Shown here piece by piece: positions 49,749 through 54,515 of a stretch of 54,515 bases of DNA. The stretch covers positions 1 through 54,515 of the forward strand of contig CAZXEW010000059.1 in the NCBI GenBank assembly GCA_964640215.1, read 5' to 3'. The notes beneath the pieces were generated by a model. The model saw only the letters and a program-made list of their open reading frames with translations, was not told the origin of the DNA and ran no database searches. The DNA comes from an uncultured Gammaproteobacteria bacterium (GTDB lineage Bacteria > Patescibacteriota > Microgenomatia > Daviesbacterales > UBA10151). Every line of letters begins with the position of its first letter. Position 1 is the first letter of the stretch. Made by a program: the position numbers and the translations under genes.

Positions 49749-50486
49749 ATGGATCAAAATAGTACAAATTCAGATCTCCATCGTTTAGCAATAAACGCGG
49801 CTTTGAATTGTCAATGGGAAGAGGCTGTCCGGTTAAATCAACAGATTAACGAAGCTGATCCGATCAATATCACGACTTTGAATAGGTTGGCCAGGGCACT
49901 GTGCGAACTGGGAAAATATAAAGAAGCCAAGAAAATTTACCATGATGTTTTAAGCCTTGATCCTTACAATTCTATAGCTCAAAAAAATCTTAAAAAAATC
50001 CAGGCCTGTAAAGATAACGATCCGACACGAATAGCCGGGACAGTCTCGATGCGCAGTTTTTCGTCGACGATGTTTCTAAAAGAGCCGGGTATTACCAAAT
50101 TAGTTAATCTGATTAAATTGGCCGAACCCCAGAAATTAATGAGTATCTCAGCCGGAACGATGGTTGAATTGGTACCTAAAACTAAAAATATCACAGTGGT
50201 TGATCAAGATGACCATTATCTTGGGGTATTGCCAGATGATACGGCTTTTTTGCTTCTTAAACTGATACATGGCGGTAATAAATACCAGGCGATTATTCGA
50301 TCTGTTAAGTCAAATGCGGTGACGATCATGATCCGGGAGACTTTCCGGGCTAAACGATTTAAGAATCAGCCCTCGTTTTTGGATGAGACTAATATTGTCT
50401 CGATGCCATCGGATAATCTGTCACTTATCGGCGATGTCTCAGAATCTGATCGCAGTGATGATGAGGCTGACGAATCTTCAAACTAA
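49749..50486 (+). CDS. Tetratricopeptide-repeat protein with beta-rich C-terminal domain
   Basis: NRLARALCELGKYKEAKKIY..VLSLDPYN..A..NL; TTGCAA-N18-TATACT upstream. Confidence 0.75.
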   Translation: MDQNSTNSDLHRLAINAALNCQWEEAVRLNQQINEADPINITTLNRLARALCELGKYKEAKKIYHDVLSLDPYNSIAQKNLKKIQACKDNDPTRIAGTVSMRSFSSTMFLKEPGITKLVNLIKLAEPQKLMSISAGTMVELVPKTKNITVVDQDDHYLGVLPDDTAFLLLKLIHGGNKYQAIIRSVKSNAVTIMIRETFRAKRFKNQPSFLDETNIVSMPSDNLSLIGDVSESDRSDDEADESSN

Positions 50487-51172
50487 ATTCTAATTAAATT
50501 GGTTAAATTTTCAATGGGGGTGTTGAGTGCTTCATTTGGAAGGAGGCGCCGGTTCTGGTAATCAAAAACGGTGTTTTTGGAGGGGTTAGCCGTGATTGGC
50601 ATCAGAGAGAGTTTGGTGTTGAGTTGGCTAATTAGGATGTTTTTAAGCTCGCTCAGGCGTTTTAAATCGGCAGACTTAATGATAGCCCTAAGGTTAATCA
50701 AGGGTTTGTCAGGGGCACGGGATTGAATGGTCAGAGTGACTTGCCAAAAAAGTTGGTCGCCAGGAGCAAGCGCTAAATTGGCCAAAATAAGGGGTGGTTG
50801 ATCCAGGGTGATTTGATCGGGTGAATGTAGACTCAAGGCTGAATCGCGCTCCGGGTTAAGTTGAAATATATAATCTTCGATCTCAAGTAATTTTAGTAGC
50901 GGAAAATGACGAGAGATATCCTGGGGGGCGTAAAAAACCAGAGCCTTGTCCCCTCCTCTAGTTAGAACTTCAAAAGACAGGGTCAGATCGCGCAGATGCG
51001 GGTTAATAGCCAGTTCAGAAAAGAATTGATTATCGAGAAGGGAGGGATTTTGGACGATAAAAGTGCTAAAAACGAAATTGGTCAGATTTTCTTGACTACC
51101 CCGGCTGAGGATGATGACCCCGTAAGCAAAGGCGATGAATATGACGGCGGCGGCCAGTATAATCGATAGCAT
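50483..51172 (-). CDS. Hypothetical protein with N-terminal TM
   Basis: 229-aa ORF, hydrophobic N-terminus; no recognised motif. Confidence 0.65.
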   Translation of the reverse strand: MLSIILAAAVIFIAFAYGVIILSRGSQENLTNFVFSTFIVQNPSLLDNQFFSELAINPHLRDLTLSFEVLTRGGDKALVFYAPQDISRHFPLLKLLEIEDYIFQLNPERDSALSLHSPDQITLDQPPLILANLALAPGDQLFWQVTLTIQSRAPDKPLINLRAIIKSADLKRLSELKNILISQLNTKLSLMPITANPSKNTVFDYQNRRLLPNEALNTPIENLTNLIRI

Positions 51173-51205
51173 CTGATGTGTATATTACGGAAATCATGGG
51201 ATAAG

Positions 51206-52252
51206 TCAATTGTGCTGGTAATTTTGGAGGTAGTAGTCCTCACCCAGAACGACGATTAACTGGGCCCTCGAGGTGTCGAGTTTGGGGTCTTGAGGAGTGC
51301 AGCCTTTGGGAAAACAGGCGGGCGAAAAGATGCCAGTAAGTCTGTTAAAAGTATAGCTTTTAAGAAGGCTTTGTTTGTCCCCGTTCATAACTATTATCGA
51401 TGAATTGATAAGGGAGCTTTCGGTGCTGGAGGTGGTGATAACGTTTCCGCCAAGGTTAGTAATGATGCGGGAGGCATCCTGGGCCAGGCCCGGATGGTCG
51501 GTGGCGTTGTAAATAGCTATCGGCAAAGCTTCCCGGGTGATGCCCTCATCGATTAATTTTTCCCGAACGAACAAATCCAGGCGGATATTATCAACCCCCA
51601 GGACTCGGGTTGAGTCCGGCAGTAGAATGCTTCGGGTAATATTGGTCTCTGAGAGGTCAAGGTCGACAATTTTGTCACTCCGGGCCTGGGAGATGGCAAA
51701 GACCAGGCTTAACTCCTCGAGTGGAGTCAGGTCGGTTTTGATTTGATTGAGTAAGAAAAGTCCAGTAAATAGATTGGAGTGCATTTGGTTGACAATTTGT
51801 TGGGAGGTTTGAGGGGAGTTGACCAGGATGAAGCGGTCAATCGGTTGACCCAACAGTGAGGCGATGGAATCTTTCAGCAGGGAGGCTCCCCGGCCGGTTT
51901 TTTCTTCCTCGCCAAGAGAGTAAATGCTGCCAATCGGCCAGGAACCGTAACCGCGGGGTACATTGATATAACTTTCGCCGGGGATAGCGATGACGGTAAA
52001 TTTTTTGTCGGCCGGGTTGTAGTTGATGACAGACAAGTCAGCGGCTTTCATCACCAAATTGATCGGAGTTGTACCATTCCAGGAACGAAGCTCTGAGGCG
52101 TTGACAAACTGAGGGGTGACAGGTTGGCCAAGACCCATGATTAGGCGAATAATTTTACCGAGGATGATTAAGATGACAATGAAGGCTAGGGCGTAGAAGG
52201 CCAGGCTAAGCTTTGGGCTGCCAGGAGCGGTGGTTTTCTTTTTTTTAGACAT
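51206..52252 (-). CDS. LytR/CpsA/Psr-like (LCP) cell-envelope protein with LytR C-terminal domain
   Basis: Basic tail plus TM; IAIPGESYINVP; C-terminal IYNAT..PGLA......I..LG and IVVLGEDY. Confidence 0.7.
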   Translation of the reverse strand: MSKKKKTTAPGSPKLSLAFYALAFIVILIILGKIIRLIMGLGQPVTPQFVNASELRSWNGTTPINLVMKAADLSVINYNPADKKFTVIAIPGESYINVPRGYGSWPIGSIYSLGEEEKTGRGASLLKDSIASLLGQPIDRFILVNSPQTSQQIVNQMHSNLFTGLFLLNQIKTDLTPLEELSLVFAISQARSDKIVDLDLSETNITRSILLPDSTRVLGVDNIRLDLFVREKLIDEGITREALPIAIYNATDHPGLAQDASRIITNLGGNVITTSSTESSLINSSIIVMNGDKQSLLKSYTFNRLTGIFSPACFPKGCTPQDPKLDTSRAQLIVVLGEDYYLQNYQHN

Positions 52253-52267
52253 AGGGGCAGGTGGGGT

Positions 52268-52393
52268 TCAGAATTTGTCTTTCCCTTTAGTGATGATTTT
52301 GGGTGGCACAAAAACCGGTGCCTGGGTGATGGCCTTGCCGGCACCTTTTTTTTTCTTCTTTTTTTCGCCAGAAAAGTAGGATCCAATACTCAT
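52268..52393 (-). CDS. Small Lys-rich protein (41 aa, MSIGSYFSGEKKKKKKGAGKAITQAPVFVPPKIITKGKDKF)
   Basis: Translated by hand; ends 15 nt before the LCP start; below track cutoff. Confidence 0.5.
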   Translation of the reverse strand: MSIGSYFSGEKKKKKKGAGKAITQAPVFVPPKIITKGKDKF

Positions 52394-52396
52394 AAG

Positions 52397-52476
52397 AGTT
52401 ATCAGCTGTCAGCTATCAGTCATCAGATGAGTTCAGATTATTAGGTCTGAAAACTGAGAACTGTTTGCTGAAAACT
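52397..52476. repeat. Heptamer inverted-repeat element (TCAG / CTGA arms)
   Basis: tatcagc tgtcagc tatcagt catcaga ... tctgaaa actgaga actgttt gctgaaa. Confidence 0.75.
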
Positions 52477-52545
52477 ATTTTTCACCTCCGTTTGATTAAT
52501 GTTAGGGCCTAAGAGTGAGCGTGTCAACAGTCCCAACCTCTCTGA

Positions 52546-52619
52546 TGTCATCCCCGATCTCTCTTGTGTCATCCCCGATCAGGTCGGAGGTCTAGATTCC
52601 CTTTTTCAAGGGAATGACA
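52546..52619. repeat. Paired REP-like palindromes
   Basis: tgtcatccccgatc x2 ... tagattccctttttcaagggaatgaca. Confidence 0.8.
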
Positions 52620-52631
52620 ATTCACGATTCC

Positions 52632-54515
52632 TTAGTGAGTTTGAACCTTCCTCAGCTCTTCAACATTTGCTTTTAACTGATCAATCTCCTGCTGCTGCAG
52701 TTTGTTTTGTTCGGTCAAAGTGTTAATCGTTTGCTGTTGGGCCTTTAAAGTTTCCAGGACATCGACGCCTTTGACGATTAGCTTCTCAGTATTAATGACT
52801 CCGGCTTTGATCTGACTGACAATAAGGTTGGCAAAGGCACCGACCCGGGTGATAGGATTATTATTTTTATCTTCTAGCTGATAACTGCCATCCAGCAAAG
52901 AGGTTAGGGTATAGCCATCGGTTGAGGTCAGATAGGTGTCCGGATCAAAACTCGAAGTATTGACAAACAGCATGATTTTGCCAACAAAAGTCCCGTCAGG
53001 CAGTTTAAAACATGATTTAGTCAATATTTCCTGGTCATCAGTATCTTTCATCTGCGGCCATTGAATTGATTCCAGCGAGCTCGATAAGGAGCAGCTTTGA
53101 TCATTTGGGGAAAATTGCGACATAGCCTTGCCAACTGTCACACCAGCGCTGCTGGCTTTCGCCCCAATTCCCGGTAGAGAAGAGGTGACAATATTGTCCC
53201 CGTTACGGATAAATCCACCCTGACTAGAAACCTTGACTGGTACTCTTCCAGATAGCGCAACTGGATATTTGCCTTGCTGATCTTGCATTTGTTTGATTAA
53301 ACTATCCTTTTCGTGTTGATCTGTAGCCTGGTTAACATCATTTATGGTAGTTGGTCCACCAAAGACAACTCCTGATCCATCGATTAGCATCGCCGGCTTG
53401 GTGGAAATTACTCCGACAGTTGACGTAATGCCGTATTTACTTTTTTGGATAGAACTTGTCTGTGGCCCGGTCGACACAATATCACCGGGCTCTAATCTTT
53501 CATCAGCTTTAAATAATTCAGCATAATCCCCGCCGTTAAAGCCATTTGTGCTTCGTAAATATATATTGTTTGTAGCAGTCAGATATAAATTCGGACTACC
53601 ATTAACTGAAGCTGCTTCATTAATACCCGGCTGGTAAGGCCAACCATATAAATTACCACCTATTTGAATATTATTCGTCGCAATCTCACCAGCACCTGCA
53701 AAGATAGATTTCTGGTTGTATGTTCGAAGCCATGTAGTATCCTGCATATACCAGCCACCACCATAGCTTTGCCAATAAATACCACCAGTATAGTTGCTAC
53801 TAGCAGTGCTATTAACTCTATACCAACTATCAGAATAGATCTCATTATGCAACTTAACATCTTCCCAAAAATCAGTTGTGCCGAAATTATTTGGCCCATC
53901 GGCACTTAACCAACGCAGTTGAGAGGAGTAATTTGGATCAACCTTATAATATGGGCTATCTGAATCATAAAAAACAGGCGCCCACAGCCCTCCATTAAAA
54001 GTAGCCGCCCCGCCTTGATCGATCCGCCAAATCTCTGAACTCCAAGGGCTATTGATGCCTCTTAGGACTCCGTTGAGATTCTCTATGTGATAATTAGTGC
54101 CATTGCTGCCAGTTAGCTTTAAAGTTCCGCCTTCACCCGCTGAGTTATATATTGCCACAGTTCCTGCTGCATTAAAATAATTGGCTTGGACAGTACCACC
54201 AACAGTCGCATTGCCGCTAATGTTGGCATTACCTGTCACCGACAAAGCAGGATTATACCCAACCGGATTATTGACAATCAGCCTTCCGGCATTGATATCT
54301 TTATCGAACGTATTTAGTCCGTCTTTCCAATCAAGAGACATTAAGGTATTATTTTGATACGTCCACCGGAAAGTATTTTGACTACCAATATCAAATTGCA
54401 TAATGCCACTTGGTCGATACAAACCGCCATTTCCATATAATTCACCCAACCTCATACCATTACTAGCATAAATATAGTTATTAGAATTTATGGCTCCATT
54501 AACATCTAATTTATA
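52632..54515 (-). CDS. 3' part of a large fibre/adhesin-like protein with peptidase-G2-like chaperone domain and terminal coiled coil (5' end beyond the window)
   Basis: Frame stays open to the window edge (YKLDVNGAINSN...); GGDYAELF...GDIV...GVISTKP...PVALSGRVPVKV; C-terminal heptad coiled coil. Confidence 0.7.
   Translation of the reverse strand, partial: YKLDVNGAINSNNYIYASNGMRLGELYGNGGLYRPSGIMQFDIGSQNTFRWTYQNNTLMSLDWKDGLNTFDKDINAGRLIVNNPVGYNPALSVTGNANISGNATVGGTVQANYFNAAGTVAIYNSAGEGGTLKLTGSNGTNYHIENLNGVLRGINSPWSSEIWRIDQGGAATFNGGLWAPVFYDSDSPYYKVDPNYSSQLRWLSADGPNNFGTTDFWEDVKLHNEIYSDSWYRVNSTASSNYTGGIYWQSYGGGWYMQDTTWLRTYNQKSIFAGAGEIATNNIQIGGNLYGWPYQPGINEAASVNGSPNLYLTATNNIYLRSTNGFNGGDYAELFKADERLEPGDIVSTGPQTSSIQKSKYGITSTVGVISTKPAMLIDGSGVVFGGPTTINDVNQATDQHEKDSLIKQMQDQQGKYPVALSGRVPVKVSSQGGFIRNGDNIVTSSLPGIGAKASSAGVTVGKAMSQFSPNDQSCSLSSSLESIQWPQMKDTDDQEILTKSCFKLPDGTFVGKIMLFVNTSSFDPDTYLTSTDGYTLTSLLDGSYQLEDKNNNPITRVGAFANLIVSQIKAGVINTEKLIVKGVDVLETLKAQQQTINTLTEQNKLQQQEIDQLKANVEELRKVQTH

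Noticed and set aside
52186-52386. 66-aa track ORF on the minus strand
   Set aside because: It overlaps the LCP start and has low complexity; the alternative 41-aa frame (52393-52268) fits the gene spacing better.

Overview
Core-genome window from a small-genome bacterium using the standard code. Gene content and style point to Patescibacteria (CPR), probably Microgenomates; this is an inference. From left to right it holds an archaeal-type TyrRS, recG, an rpmF-nusB-acp-rnc-rpsP-khpA-trmD block, and a 14-kb minus-strand type IV pilus locus (pilB, pilT, pilC, major pilin, prepilin peptidase, several minor pilins, a large PilX-like adhesin and pilMNO, with no secretin). Next come a holB-like gene, gyrB and peptidoglycan genes (GlmU N-domain, murC, murD, alpha/beta hydrolase, murF-like, ddl, GNAT). 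These are followed by gyrA with a 523-aa HNH intein, nfo, a holin-family membrane protein and a Xer recombinase. A surface-protein cluster follows, with two cohesin-like proteins and a 1728-aa TSP1/dockerin protein. A 1.2-kb non-coding stretch contains a palindromic dif-like 28-mer and a LAGLIDADG remnant. The right end holds ruvC, yebC, a TPR protein, an LCP protein and a 5'-truncated fibre-like protein. Two dispersed repeat systems run through the window: 7-bp-period inverted-repeat hairpins, several of them translated in frame inside RecG, GyrA, KhpA and pilin leaders, and TGTCAT/ATGACA-ended palindromes. No tRNA, rRNA or CRISPR array could be supported. All calls come from motif recognition by eye; no database searches were run.
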